A DNA stretch of 56,952 nucleotides, the filler included, from Jimgerdemannia flammicorona (taxonomy: Eukaryota): the NCBI GenBank assembly GCA_003990765.1. It is 2 parts of 2 records of this genome, joined end to end, with 100 filler letters (N's around TTAATTAATTAA, not from the genome) between each part and the next. Parts side by side here need not be neighbours in the genome. Positions count along the whole stretch, not along the records: positions 1 to 28,432 come from RBNJ01000560.1; positions 28,533 to 56,952 come from RBNJ01000561.1. One strand, given 5' to 3'. Positions 15,393-28,681 of the stretch are shown here, piece by piece. The notes below the pieces were generated by a model that saw only the letters and a program-made list of their open reading frames with translations, was not told the DNA's origin and made no database searches. Within the stretch, counting starts at the first letter, position 1. Each line of letters begins with the position of its first letter. The position numbers were made by a program, and so were the translations under genes.

Positions 15393-18300
15393 AAGAAGGA
15401 AGTACATCTTCTTCAGGTCAATTACTTAGAGGAATGTTCCCCAGTAAGTGTACTGCCAACCAGTCAATCTACACAAGAATCTCATCCTGGAGCCAGGAGA
15501 GCAAACCACTTTCGAAATCTTTGTACCACCTGACCCCAAAAACTTCTTCTTCAAACTCAAAAAGATATCCTGAATCTAGATATAGAAGGATATACATTTT
15601 CTGATAAGATGAATCCAGTACACTCCTGAGCAACCAATCAAAGTTGGGAGAGCATCATCTTGCCAAAAAGAACTATCATAGGACATCTGGTGCCTTTTCT
15701 CAACTAAACTTATAGAAAAGTTTATAAACTAAACTTATTGAGAAATGGCAAAAGGTCTTAGAGAAAGGAAAGTCCCCTCTGTAATCCAGGAGATAGTGAA
15801 GCCTTCTACCAATATTAGAGAAGAATTGATATCTCAGCAATAGCAACAACTAGTAGAACTCCTCAACAAATATCAAGATATCTTCACTATAGACTATGCC
15901 AATCTGCCATACAACTCATTATATCACCACAGTATAAATACAGGAAATGTAACATCTATTTAGTAGAAATTCTATAAAATACCCCATTACCTAAAGACAT
16001 TTGAAAAGGAGCACATTCAAGAACTCTTAGATAATAGAGTCATCTGACCCTCTACCAGCTCTTAGACCAGCCCTATACTTATTATACCAAAGAAAGGAGG
16101 ATGGAGACTCTGTGTAGATTACAGAAAGCTCAATTTAGTAACAGAAAAAGATACCTATCTCTTGTCCAGAATTGATGACCTTTTGGACCAGTTACAAGAT
16201 ACCAGATACTTCAGCAGTATAGACCTTTTTGCAGGATTCTATAAGATCTCCATGGACTCAAAAGACATTCAGAAAACAGCCTTCCTTGCTCTAGAAAAAC
16301 TATTTGAATATCTCTGAATACTCTTTGGACTTTGTAAAATATCTCCCACCTTCTAAAGAATGATGAACTCAGTCTATGCCCCTCTGATCCACTACTGCTT
16401 GATTATATATATGAATGATTTCAATATCTATTCAGCAAATTTCGAAGAGTACCTGTATTACCTAGAAGAATTCTTCAAGCTCATCTGCAAAAATTATCTT
16501 AGGTTCAATACTAAGAAATACTACTTTGAAAAACAGAAACTTGAATTTCTTAGATTTATAGTTTCAAAAAAAGGAATCCATACAGACCCAAAGAAGACCA
16601 AGAAGATCAACAACTGGCCAGTATTCAAGACCCCAAAGGAAACACTATTATTTCTGATACTAGTATTCTACTATAGAAGATTTATTAAGAACTTCACCCA
16701 AATTGCTGCTTTAATCCAAATCTTTCTCAAGAAAGGAATACCTTATAAATGGACAGAATTACAAGAACTAGTCTTCAAAGAACTCAAGTATCAAATGACC
16801 ACAGCACTAATCCTTATTCAGTCCAATCTATAGAAATTATTTATCTTGTATATAAATGCCTCCAAAAATGGCCTGGGAGCAGTTCTAGTTTAAGAAGGAC
16901 CTGACCAACAACACTATATGATAGCTTATACAAGTCAAGCTACCAACTAATAGTAGACTAATTATAGCAGCACTAAATGGGAATACCTTGCAGTTATATG
17001 AGCTGTTACTCTATTCAAACATTATCTTATTAGAAAAAAATTCACCCTAATAACTAATCATACTATCTTCAAATAATTATTCAATCATAAGAAACCCACC
17101 AGAATTCTGGTCCACTGGATTCTTATTCTTTAGGATTACAAAATTATCATCACTCACAAAGCAGAAAAAGCTCATAACAATATTGATATACTTTTCTACC
17201 AATCCCAATAAACTAGAAGAAGAGTATACTGAAGAACTATATCCTAAAGAAAGCTCTTTTGACTACTAAAGTACAAGAGGACCTTATCTAAAAAGAATAT
17301 CAGAAGGTCCATCAGAGACAGATAAACCTAGAAGAAAACTACAAACAATCTACCAACATTGGCCCAACCTCAGAATACAAGTTTGAGACATACTTAGGAA
17401 GTGTGATATCTGCTAGAAGTATCAGAGAAAGAAGAACTACATGTTTTTTTCTCTGCTACCTTACCAGTCATAAGGTTTGGTAGACAACCTTCTGAGTCTC
17501 CTTTTTCCTATTATTACCCCCTCTACTTTAGGTTGGTTTGCTGTATCTGTAGAGGTATAGTGAAAGGAGGGTAATGGTGATACATTGTCTCTTTATCAGT
17601 GTCAGATCAGTGTCTTCTCTACTATTTCATGGATTCTAGTACCTCCAGCTACATCTGGAGTATGTCTATTTTGGTATGGTGCCTTCTTCTTTTTGCTGTC
17701 ACTAATAAGATATTGTCTTGGAGTATTATGAATTATGTAGAGAGTTAGCTAACCTTGGGCATCAAGTGTCCAGTATAGGTTATCTGCAGGTCCTCAGTAC
17801 CTATAGTAGGGTCCTCTGGCTTTGGTGAGCTTTCTAGCAAGTACAGTTCTGGTATAGGTAACTGTTTTTTGGATATTTTTAGGATAAGAGAGGAGATGGC
17901 CATCACAGATAGATAGAAGAGTGATAATGATGAACCAGTAGGGTATCAGACTGGGGGTGGTCATCAGAGCTGAGACAGATGTTACTTTGATAGGGCCTTT
18001 TGATTGGTATAGAGTAGTTAGATAGTAGGTGTCACTCTTAGCTTCTTTTGGCAATATATGGGATTGGGCTCCAGTCATTGGAGGGGGGATGGGGGGCTCA
18101 AGACTACCCATTTTAGGCATCTTGGCTATACTTAACTAGAATCAGGAGCTGACATAGCAATATGATCAAGGCCTATAGGCTTGAGTAGTGAAGTATTGGG
18201 AGTTTCCTTCTGCCTCATGTATAAGTTCTCTACTTATCTCATCTGGAAGAACTAGGCCCTCTCTACTGTGATGTACTTTGATGAGAGTTTTTTCTTTGCC

Positions 18301-18849
18301 TGTCATCCTCCTTGGGGTGGTAGGGGCTATTCTATTCAGCTTAGGTATGGCTTTGTATATTATAATATAGCAGATACTTAACCTTGGAAGTACATCAGAT
18401 TTCTGTATCTTGAAAACTTAATCTTCTTTGATTCTGCAGAGTCCTCGAGATATAGGAGTGGGTAAGTTCAAAGTATATCTGCCTGCAGACTTACTAGTTC
18501 CTTTGCTTTCTCTTTACTTTGAAATATTTTGATCTGAGGTTTATTCACTCTAAGATATTGGGTTATTTATACAAGTTTGCTAGCTATAAGATGGCTAAGT
18601 AATGAGTCATTTTCTGCTAGTAGTAAATCTTTACCATCTGTGAAGATTTTGCCATCTCCCAAAACTTTATCAATGGTAAAGTTTTCACCAGTGGTGAAAT
18701 ATGACTGCTATTTGTAAGGCTAAGCTATATTTGAGAATTGGATTCATGTACTATGATCAAATGTCTAATTCTTCTAATTTATATTACTAATTCAGATTGA
18801 CCATCACAACTTCCTCCTGAATAGGTAATCCATTCCTGAAGTATCCTAT

Positions 18850-19340
18850 TCACTCAAACTCCCAGGCTTCTATAATTTATATCTCCTTATATTGTGTAAT
18901 TTATACCATGACATTCTTCCAATGTTGTCTCTTGATGCATCCAAAGTCAGTTGGAGCTACTTCTTGAAAATAGGATAGGGCTGGCTCATCATCTTTGAAT
19001 AACTTATACACTCTCTTAGCGATTGTAATCTGAGTATAGGAGAGTTGACATTTCTTAATCCAGTCTTCTTTTCCCATGTTCAGCTTTGAATTCAGTAGCT
19101 GTCCTAACTTGAAGTATTCTTGAAGCTTGGTTCAGTTCTGGTAGGCCTTAAAATGTGAAATCCATAACAAGTGGGTCTGGACTATACTCTGGATGCTGTC
19201 AAAGGATTCCTCTATTGTGGGTGGCTCAGTAGAATACCACTGTCTTTCTATAGCTCATTGGGTGGCACTTGTGATCCTGAGGGCAATTGTATTACTTTAT
19301 TAACTATTTATGGTACTTCTTGAGTCAGTTTTGATGGATG
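18850..19340 (-). pseudogene. Accessory ORF downstream of integrase in Gypsy B (unknown function)
   Basis: Translates as ...KLQEYFKLGQLL...ITIAKRVYKLFKDDEPALSYFQEVAPTDFGCIKRQHW. Similar to ORFs at 26198 and 49031. Confidence 0.65.
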
Positions 19341-21984
19341 GTAGTGGGAATGATTGTGCCTGAGAGTTTTTATAGCCAAAAGGTGGTTTCTTTTATATCT
19401 TATATAAGATAAAATTCTTCTCACTTAGGCTCTAGTTTTTGCAACTATGAAGCTTCTACCATATTCCAATATATCAGAACTTTGTCTCCTATCTTGATAA
19501 TTCTAAGAGCTTGTGAATCTTTTCTGCATTATTCTGCTGTAGTGTCTGTATCTTATTTATGTAATCCTCAGCCTTCTTTCTGATTTGATATAGTTTTTGT
19601 ATCTCTATATCCATATGCTTCTATATAGTATCTTGATTGATCAATAGAGTTCCTTGAGAACTTTCTTCTCCAAACAGCATTTCCTTGGGAGTAAAATGGG
19701 TACTTTGTAATCAAATATCTCAGAGAGCAGATAATGCTATTGGCAGATAGTGATTCCAGTTTTCATAGTTATTGCAGATCTTGGCAATAACATTCTTAAG
19801 GGTCTTGTTGGTTCTTTCTACTTGTCTATTTTCTTGGAGATAATATGCTGTAGTCTGAATATGTTAGATCTTATACTTTTTGTAGAGAACCTTAAAGAAC
19901 TGGTTCATGAATTCTATTTCTCTGTCTGTGATTACTTGTGTTGGAATCTTGAATTAGCAGATAATTTCTTTATAGAAGAAATTAGCAATTGACTGTATAT
20001 TAGCTTCCTTGAGGGGTCTCACCTCTATCTATTTTATAAAAAGGTCTACAATAATAATTATATATCAGTTGCCCATCAAGGTCAGGGGTAGTGGGCCAAT
20101 TATATCTATTACTATGTGAGCAAAAGGCACTGGTTCTATATGCTAATCCTGGGGTCTAATTTCATTGGTCTTGTTTCTGTTTCTGGCATTTGTCACAGGT
20201 CTTGATAAATTGTCTGATATCCTCCTACATTCCTGGCCACCATATTGTTCTTCTTGCTTTATCATATGTATTGGTTCCTTCTAGATGGCCGAGTTCATGT
20301 ACTGATTTCATTACTTGCTCCTTCTTGTATTCTGGTATAACTAGTAGTTTTCCTTTCTTCAGTATTTCTCCATTGGTTTTGAATTGTTTCCCAGTTCTGT
20401 TGATAATCATTTGTATCCATTCTTCTAGATGTTGGTGCATCTTTCACTATCCCAGATATGTGATGATTCTATAGTAGAGCTCTTTATTCATTATTGGTTT
20501 GTTGGTTGGGGGTCCTTCAGAGTGTTTATGAGAGGGCATCTGCATTGGCATTGGTTCTTCCTGGGCAGTATATGATGGTTACATCATAGGCTTGCAACTT
20601 CATGATCCATCTGGTATAGATTTCTTTGGGTTATCCAGTAGTCAGTAGCCAGGTGAGGGCTGAGTAGTCTGTCTGAATGATGAAGTGTCTTTCTGTGAGA
20701 TAGTAGTGGAACTTTTCTACAGTCCAGATGACTGCAAGGCACTCCAACTTGTACAATCCATATTCTTTTTCAGCTCCTCATATTCCTCAACTAAGATATA
20801 CAATGACATACTCTACTTTGTCTTTCTTTTGGACCAGAATGGCTCCTAGTTCTGATATGCTTGCATCTGTCTATAGGATGAATTCTTGAGTCCAATCAGG
20901 TCCTCTGAGAATGGGCACCTGAGTCAGTCTGACCTTGAGCTCATTAAATACTTGTTGCTGTCTGCCAGTCTATTTGAACTTAGTATCCTTCTTGTTGAGT
21001 TTGTAGATTGGACCTGTAATATTAGAGAATCCTCTAATAAATCTTCAGTAATATGAGGCAAGTCCCATAAAGGCTTGGGCTTCAGTAATGGTAGTGGGTC
21101 TTGGGTATACTGCTACTGCTTGTATTTTGAGAGGGTCAGTGTGTATTCCATCCCAGTTGATAATATGACTGAGGTAGGAGATCTCAATTTCTGCAAACTT
21201 GTATTTCTTGGGCTTGATGTAAAGGCCATGCTTTCTCAACTTCTCCATTATCTGCTGGATGTACCATAGATGTTCTTCAGCTGTCTTGCTGTAGATCTAC
21301 ATAAACTATCATCTATCTCTCCATATCATAGCAGAAGATTTTGTTCATCATTCGCTGGAAGCTTGCTAGTACATTGCATATTCTGAATGGTATTTGCAGA
21401 TAGACATAGATTCTATCTGGAGTGATGAAAGCTGACTTTTCACTTGCTGCTTCCATGAGACCAATTTGATAGAATCCTGAGTATAAGTCCAAGGTGCTGT
21501 AATACTGTGCTTTATCTCCTAGAGTTACAAGGATATCACTGATAAGGGGCAGTGGTTGGCAATCTTTCTTAGTGACCAGTTTGAGTTTCCTGTAATTAGT
21601 GCAGAGCCTTAGGGCAAATTCTCCTGGCTTGCTTTCTTTCTTTAGGGCCAGTACAACTGGTGAAGCCCAAGAACTACTGGCTTCTTTGATAATACTGGCT
21701 TCTTCTATCTGCTTGATTTCTTCCCTTAGCTATTCATGGTAGACTGGCAGAATGGGTCTTGTCTTCTGATAAATTGGTTCAGTGTCTCCTGTATCTATAT
21801 CATAGTAGTAGTGTGGGGTCTTTTCTTTGATATCCTTGAAGTCTGTGACAAGGACATTCTCAAATTCATAAAGTATCTTCTTGAGTTCCTTTTTGAGTAG
21901 AAACTCATTTCCAATGGTATAGCTATGTTTGTTTATAGTTTCCTCCTTCTTGTGGTCCAGTTCAGTAATCTTGGTACTGGCAAA

Positions 21985-22375
21985 TACTCCTCTTCTAGTA
22001 GATCTGAATTCTTTCCTTTCTCTTTCCATTTTCTCTAGCTTCTTAACTTCTATGATCTTTGGTTGTAGAATTGGAAAGATCAACATCTGTGCCAATTCAT
22101 CCTTCTTCTTGATTGGAAATGGGATTGTAGAATTGTGATTCCTGACAATGAGTAGGATTTCTCTAGTATAGTCTGAGTCAATGACTCCTCCTTCAATAGT
22201 AATTTTGCTTTTCTTCTTATCTTGAGGATTCCAATATAGTCTTTTGGTATGGTTATTTCCAAACCAGTTGCAAGTAAGGTAGTTGTCTGAGGCTCCAGTA
22301 CAGTTTTTTCTATAGTGGTGATGTCCATTCTGGCTGCATTTTCTGACTTATATTCTGGTAGAACTGCATCAGAGT
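21985..22375 (-). pseudogene. dut: dUTPase domain in Gypsy B pol
   Basis: DAVLPEYKSENAARMDI...LATGLEITIPKDYIG...EGGVID...ELAQMLIFPI...ERERKEFRST, read across frameshifts. Lies between PR and RT. Confidence 0.8.
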
Positions 22376-25300
22376 GAATCTTTCAGATCTTAATCTTGAT
22401 TTCTTCTTCATCATCACTGTCCTCCAGGAGAGCCAGTGATTTATCATCTTCTTTCTCCTCTTCTTTGGCCTGTTTCTCAAGAGCCTTCTGTCTTCTTTTA
22501 TGGTAGATGTTCTTGATTCTGCTAGTATACTGGTAGCAATCATTGATATGCTCTATACAGTACATCTTGATCTCATGGAGGCAGACTCCTTATAGTGTAT
22601 ATCCTTCTGTGATCTTCTTACACTATTCCTCTTCACTCATCCATCCAACCTTCTTCTTCTTTTGAGTGGTCACTATGTAAGCTTCCTCTTGTTTGCTCTC
22701 TTCTTTCTCTATATCAAGCAGGACTCCTTTATTGATATTGATGGGAATTCATATCTTCTGTCCTCAGTAGATAATCTGCATCTTCTGTACATTGAGATCA
22801 ATTATTGCTCTAGCTTTATGAAGTCATTGATTGCTGATAAGAATGTCATAGTTGGTTGCATTGGTTACAATCACATCAACTGGAATAGTTGCTCCTCCAA
22901 ACTTGATGGGAACATCTCGAATTTTTCCCAGAGGTGTGGCTCTTGTACTATCTGCTGTGATAAATACCAATTTGGTTACTTCTTCAACTTCTCAGCCTAG
23001 GTGGTCTGCTGCTTTCTTGCTGAGAAGGCATCCTCCTGCTCTAGTATTGATGATGGCTTCAAAGATTCTATCCTCAATTTGACAGGTTGTATAGACAGAG
23101 GTCTTGCAGTTGTCTTTGCTTTCTTCTCCTGAGTCCTCTTGAACATTATTGGCCTCAGTTATCTTCCATCCTTGTTTCTTGGTTGTCTTGATAAGTCCAA
23201 ACCTCATTTGCTGTCTGAATGTTGAGATTTCTGTGAGCTGACCAAAGGTTGCATTGACCTTTTGTTGGCTGAGGTCCTTGAAAATATCATACTTGAAGGT
23301 CTTGGTCTTGCAAAGCTTTTTTTTTTTTTTTCCTTCACCAGCTAGAGTGATTCCTCCGAACTACTTGTTCCAGTTTCATATCTTGATCTATTTCTTCAAT
23401 TTGGCTTTCTGTGGCAGTCTCTGTTTGTTTTTCTACTGAGTTCTTTTTAGGTCTTCCTGATGACCTTTTGTAAGGTTTCTTGCAAATATCCTTTTTGGTA
23501 GTCTGTACAGGATAAGCCTCCCATTCTTTATCTGATTCTCCAATTTTCTCAAATATAATAATATTGACCTGTTCTTTATTTCTAGTAGCATTGCTTGGCT
23601 AGGTCTTATACTTGGTTTTGCTTATATATTTATATGAGTAGTAGTCTATCTCTCCACAGCTATAGTAGGTACCTTTCTTCTTATCTGTAGTGGCAGTAAA
23701 TTTCTGAACTGGGTAGTGGTCTCTTCCTCTGATTTCTTTCACTATATCTCCTAGGTGGGTAGTCATTTTAGCAAACTGCTTGGCAAGCTCCTTCATAGGG
23801 TTGCTGTTTCTCTACTACTCTGTAGCTCTTGACTGAGGTGTGTTTCAATTGATCATTGTGATAGAGATTACACTGGTTGTCTTGAGTGCTTCAATTCTAA
23901 CTCCAATGACTCTTTCTATTGTATAGTCTTGTAGGTATCTGACTATTCAATATCACTGAGCATAGGTGACCTTCTATAGCAGATCCAGAACTACTAGTGA
24001 TGAGTGAATGACCATCACTATCTCTGGGTAGACTCCTTTCATGAAGGTTGCTTCAGCTACTTGATCTCAGATAGCATCAGCATAATCTACAAGGATTATC
24101 TGATATCAGATTCTGGTGTAAAATGTGTTTGGATTCTCACTTATTCCTTAGTATATTATATGTATTGAACTAGTTCTTTAGGGCTTGTTTGATCTTATCT
24201 ATATAATAGGTGTTTTGGAGCTAGGTCTTCTGTGCTGTCAGTATATCATCAGCATTATTTCCTATATAGGTTGTGGCTGTGAATGCTGCTCTGGCAGGAC
24301 CTTGTAGGCTGAAGAATATGAGGGCTACTTGCTGTGCTGCTATCAGGGTCCTTACAGTAGTATACTGCTCAAAATCATCAATGAAGATAATGATTGATTC
24401 ATCTGAGGTATATCTGTGGAATACTGGTAGTCTCATATCCATCTTGTTTAGGTATCTTGACTCAATTTATGTGGTTATTCAAGTGATGGCAGTTGTTCAT
24501 TATTCAACTTAAAAGTGAGAGATTTGTCTTGAATTACTAGCCAATGAGTACCAAGTTGTAACATAATGGATGCTTAACCTTGGAAGTACATTGAATTTCT
24601 ATATCTTGAAAACTTGATCTTCTTTGACTCCACAGAGTCCTCAGGATACAGGAGTGGGTGAGTTCAAAGTGTATCTGCCTGCAGACTTACTAGTTCCTTT
24701 GCTTTCTCTTTGCTTTGAACTATTTCAATCTGAGGTTTATTCACATAAGTTTGCTAGCTATAAGATGGCTAAGTAATGAGTTATTTTCTACAGTAGTGAA
24801 TATTTTATCATCTGTGAAGATTTCACTATCTCTCAAAACTTTGCCAATAGTAAAGTTTTTACCAATAGTGAAATATAACTGCTATTTGTAAGGCTAAGCT
24901 ATATTTGGGAATTGGATTCATATATCATGATCAAATGTCTAATTCTCCTGATTCATATTACTAATTTGAATTGATCATCACAATATATATTGGAGTTTTG
25001 GGTATGCACTTTTGGTCATTAGCATATAGTTGATTTCTCCCTAGTAGTAGAGAGAGCATAGTGTGCAGAATGAGGTATAGGCCACTATAGACCCTGCTGC
25101 ACCTGGCATGGTCAAGCTACTGGACAATAGCTAGCCTAGGTTAATGGAGAGACAGTACTTGATGGGTGGTGGGGGAGAGTTTTGGCCTATATAGTCTAGG
25201 TTCTCTTCTAATAAAAATCTACAGAACTCTGAGTCTGTAAAACCAAAAAAAAAAAAAAAAAAGAGAAAGAAAAACTACTAAGCACCACTACAACTGATCA

Positions 25301-26197
25301 TACTACCAGACAATATCTTTCAAAGATGGGAAGTAGATGTAATTGGACTCCTACTAGTTATACCAAGAAGGAATAAATATATCTTAATATTTGTAAAATA
25401 TCTGACCAAATGGCCTGAAGCTTTTCCAATGGAAACTGCTAATATCTTGACTATTGTTACTTCTCTATAGACTCACTCTCAGATATGGACTCCCAGAGAA
25501 ACTTATCTCTAACTGAGGTACAGAATTCATCAATAATATATTTATAAGTTATACTCAAATTCATAAGATCCACCTCAAATAGACTACATCATATCACCCT
25601 CAGACCAATGGTATGACTGAACAAATAAATCAGACTATCAAGAAAGGACTTGTCTGAATCAATCCTACTAACTGGGACCTCTACTTACCTGAGATCCTAT
25701 GGGAAATCTGAAATACTCCTACTGTCTCTATCAAATAAAAGCTATTTGAAATAATGTTTACTAAGAAAACCAGAACTACTAATTATGAGAACCTCAGAGA
25801 CCTCCTTAAGAAGGTAGAATAATTATATAATCAAGTCTGAGTTCAGATTATCAAGACCTAAGAAAGGTAAAAGAAGTATTATGATCAGAAGCAGAAGAAT
25901 CAGAAGATCAAGATTAGAGATCAAGTATTAGTTTGAAGAAGTATAATCAAGACAAACTTTACTATCAAACTGGAGCCTAAATGAGAAGAACCTTATCTTG
26001 TATATAATATCAGAGAAATCAGCATCTATTTAAGAAGCCTAAATAGATAAACTCTGAAGACACCAGTATATATCAATTACCTCAAGATATATCTTCCTCC
26101 ATACAATAAATCAGAGAATTGACCAGTATCTTCAGATCTTTATCCTCAGTTTATTTCAGTCACTTTCAATTCCCCTACCCCAATTTTATCTAGCCAA

Positions 26198-26617
26198 TGG
26201 AAACTCTCTCCAGTGAATTCAGATTTATTAAGAGAATCTCATCTTAGCTAGACATCTCCTATAAGTCCACCAGCTACAGGCCTACTATATAATTGGTAAA
26301 CAGTTACAGAATCTTCTAGCTCTAGAACAGACCTATATCAGGAATACTACAGGTCTAACATAAAGATATATCACTACTGCTGACAGACTATATACTATCT
26401 ATAAACAAAATGTTACAGTATTAGATAGACACAGTTCTCTCTGTATAATATATAAGAGATGAATCTAGCCACCTACTTGAGCATCATCAACTATATCAAA
26501 ATCTTATTCCCAGAGGAAGAAGAAGAATCTATAGAGTGGAGCAACCTAGATACCAATAAGGATAATAGTTCAGGTATTGATACTGAAGATACTTATACAT
26601 ATTGGAATGATGACTAA
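26198..26617 (+). pseudogene. Accessory ORF downstream of integrase in Gypsy A
   Basis: LQAYYIIGKQL...ITTADRLYTIYKQNVTVL, then an acidic tail ending just before the 3' LTR. Confidence 0.6.
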
Positions 26618-27555
26618 AGGATAGTATGGAGGCAGACCATCCTTTAGTGAGGACTGATATAATAAGCAACAGAAATTATACTATTAAAAATATTATAACT
26701 ATATATTATACTAGATATACAAAACAGTCAAATATGTCTGAATGTACAAAAAGACAGTCAAATGTGTCTGGGTATACAAAAAGACAGTCAAACATATCTG
26801 GACAGCTAGGACTGCTTTGTTATAATAACTTATATAATTAGTCAGACATATCAGAAAAGATATTTATACAGGATCTGAACACTTGTATAGGATCTGAATA
26901 CTTGTACAGAACTAGAAACACCTGCTATAAATAGCCTTCTATAATTAGCCACATAGTAACTAAATAGCAACTAGTTTATATAAAATATCCCAGAAATAAG
27001 AGTGAAAAAACCTCAATCTAAATTGAAGTACAAATCAAAGAAGCCTCTAAAGATTGAGCATTAGTCTCCTTTCCTCACTCCAGTCTACTTTTCAATATAA
27101 GAACAAGTTTATTTTTGGTCTACTTGCCAGATAAGCCTGAAAAATCTGAGTTATTTAAGAAGTCTGCCAATTCAGGAAAAATCCACATCATTTGCTATTT
27201 TTGAGTTATTTATCACTATTCTCAAAGAGCTCAATCCTTATCACTAAGCTATTCTATCTGATACAACTTCACAGTAGAGCTAGTCTATAATACATATAAC
27301 TCTGTATAAATAAAACTAATCTTGATGTAATTTACTAAGAATCCACACTCAAGTTATCTGAATTATCTGCTATCCAAGTTATTTATCTGTTCTCAGTAAG
27401 CTCACTAATCTAGTAAGAATCCATAACATCTAAGTTATCTATATCATTTGAGTTATCCAAATTATCTGATATTTTTAGAAAAACTTATCAATCTATACCA
27501 GATTAAGCTATTTACCAAATCTATATAAGAAATCTACTTGTACTATATAGAGATC

Positions 27556-27924
27556 ATACTTCTTTCTCCACTACTTATCAGTCATAATAGTTTGATAGAC
27601 AACCTTCTGAGTCTACTTTCCACAACTAACACTCCCTCTACCTTGGGTTGGTTTGCTATACCTATTGTAGGGTAGTAAGAGGAAGATAATAGTGACAAGT
27701 TACCCTTTTATTAGTATCTGATCAGTGTTTTCTCTACTTTTTTACAGTTTCTGATGCCTTTGGCTATATCTGGAGTATATCCATTTTGGTACAGCACCTT
27801 CTTCCTTTTATCATTACCAACAAGGTGTTGTTTCAGGCATCACAGATTATATAGAGAGTCAGTCAACCTTGAGCATCAAGTGCTCAGTATAGGTTACCTG
27901 CAGGTCCTTGGTGTCTGTGGTAAG
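27556..27924 (+). mobile_element. Poly(A) retroposon copy 4 (5' part), inserted in the Gypsy A 3' LTR and cut by a hAT-like element
   Basis: Colinear with 1457-1810 and 17441-17810. Stops abruptly at TAGTG (27925). Confidence 0.8.
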
Positions 27925-28432
27925 TAGTGCATCGCAACCCGAGCCGACCCGTGTACATATTTAACCCGACCCGGAATTATACGTCACCCGTCTTTAACCC
28001 GACCCGGAATTATATGTCACCCGTCTTTAACCCGACCCGGAATAATACGTCACCCGTCTTTAACCCGACCCGGAATAATACGTCACCCGTCTTTAACCCG
28101 ACCCGGAATAATACGTCACCCGTCTTTAACCCGACCCGGAATTATACGTCACCCATCTTTAACCCGACCTGGAAACGTACGTCACCCGTCTTTAACCCGA
28201 CCCGGAATTATACGTAACCCGTCTTTAACCCAACCCGAGAAATATACGTGACCCGACCCGAGAAATATACATGACCCGACCCATATTTAACCCGACACAG
28301 ACCCGTCTTTAATCCGCCTTTAAGCTACAAGGCACCAAAAAAAATATATTGCACATCTAAGATATATTTAGAATAAACAAACAGAAACATAATTAGGAAT
28401 CAGAAATCAAAATGAAATCGAAAATAAATAGG
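27925..28432 (+). mobile_element. End of a young hAT-like DNA transposon running off the contig end
   Basis: Starts TAGTGCATCGCAACCCG. About 8 x 33-bp units. Inverted match to 1-480 with one extra 33-mer and an extra ~22-bp unit. Confidence 0.65.
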
Positions 28433-28532
28433 NNNNNNNNNNNNNNNNNNNNNNNNNNNNNNNNNNNNNNNNNNNNTTAATTAATTAANNNNNNNNNNNN
28501 NNNNNNNNNNNNNNNNNNNNNNNNNNNNNNNN
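28433..28532. other. Artificial contig-joining spacer
   Basis: N run + TTAATTAATTAA (stops in all six frames) + N run, 100 nt in total. Confidence 0.95.
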
Positions 28533-28650
28533 CAAAGTGGTCTTTCACAGGGAAGGGATAGGGGGGGGGGGCCCCCCAGGGGGGTTGGATAGGGGGTGGG
28601 GTTGTTGTTATTTTTGAATAGATCGGGAATAAAGGGCCGGCCAAAGGAAC

Positions 28651-28679
<29 letters not shown>
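28533..28679 (+). mobile_element. 3' end of a different poly(A) retroelement
   Basis: G-rich tract, AATAAA at ~28628, then an A-tail of ~29 nt, at the contig start. Confidence 0.5.

Positions 28680-28681
<2 letters not shown>

Larger units (their letters stand above)
18361..24982 (-). mobile_element. Ty3/Gypsy LTR retrotransposon B, full length but decayed
   Basis: LTRs 18361-18808 and 24557-24982 (TG...CA), 4-bp TSD ATAT, PPT AGGAGGAAGT beside 18809, PBS-like TGGTACTCATTGG beside 24556. Gag ~24442-23600, PR ~23050, RT/RH ~21700-20540, IN ~20300-19400. Confidence 0.92.
17441..25261 (+). mobile_element. Poly(A) retroposon copy 2, split by Gypsy B (pieces 17441-18360 and 24987-25261)
   Basis: 17-bp TSD AGAGAAAGA(G/A)AACTAC-type (17424-17440 / 25262-25278, one mismatch). 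AATAAA and A-tail at ~25210-25261. Interrupts the Gypsy A integrase. Confidence 0.85.
9962..27555 (+). mobile_element. Ty3/Gypsy LTR retrotransposon A (gag-PR-dUTPase-RT-RH-IN-extra ORF), decayed, with nested insertions
   Basis: LTR pair ~9962-11210 and 26655-27555 (the latter interrupted). Zinc knuckle CFYCRQFG at ~12690, protease LIDTG at ~13381, RT WRLCVDYRKLN at ~16102 and YMNDF at ~16408, RNase H ~16840-17200. Integrase CDIC at ~17402 continues as FQRWEVDVIG at ~25318. Confidence 0.9.

Noticed and set aside
476..27929. Giant CACTA element bounded by CACTA...TAGTG
   Set aside because: The inverted match extends outward, not inward. The right junction cuts a retroposon copy, so these pentamers are ends of the outer elements.
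28477..28488. TTAATTAATTAA palindrome
   Set aside because: Synthetic spacer embedded in Ns. Adjacency of the two halves of the window has no biological meaning.
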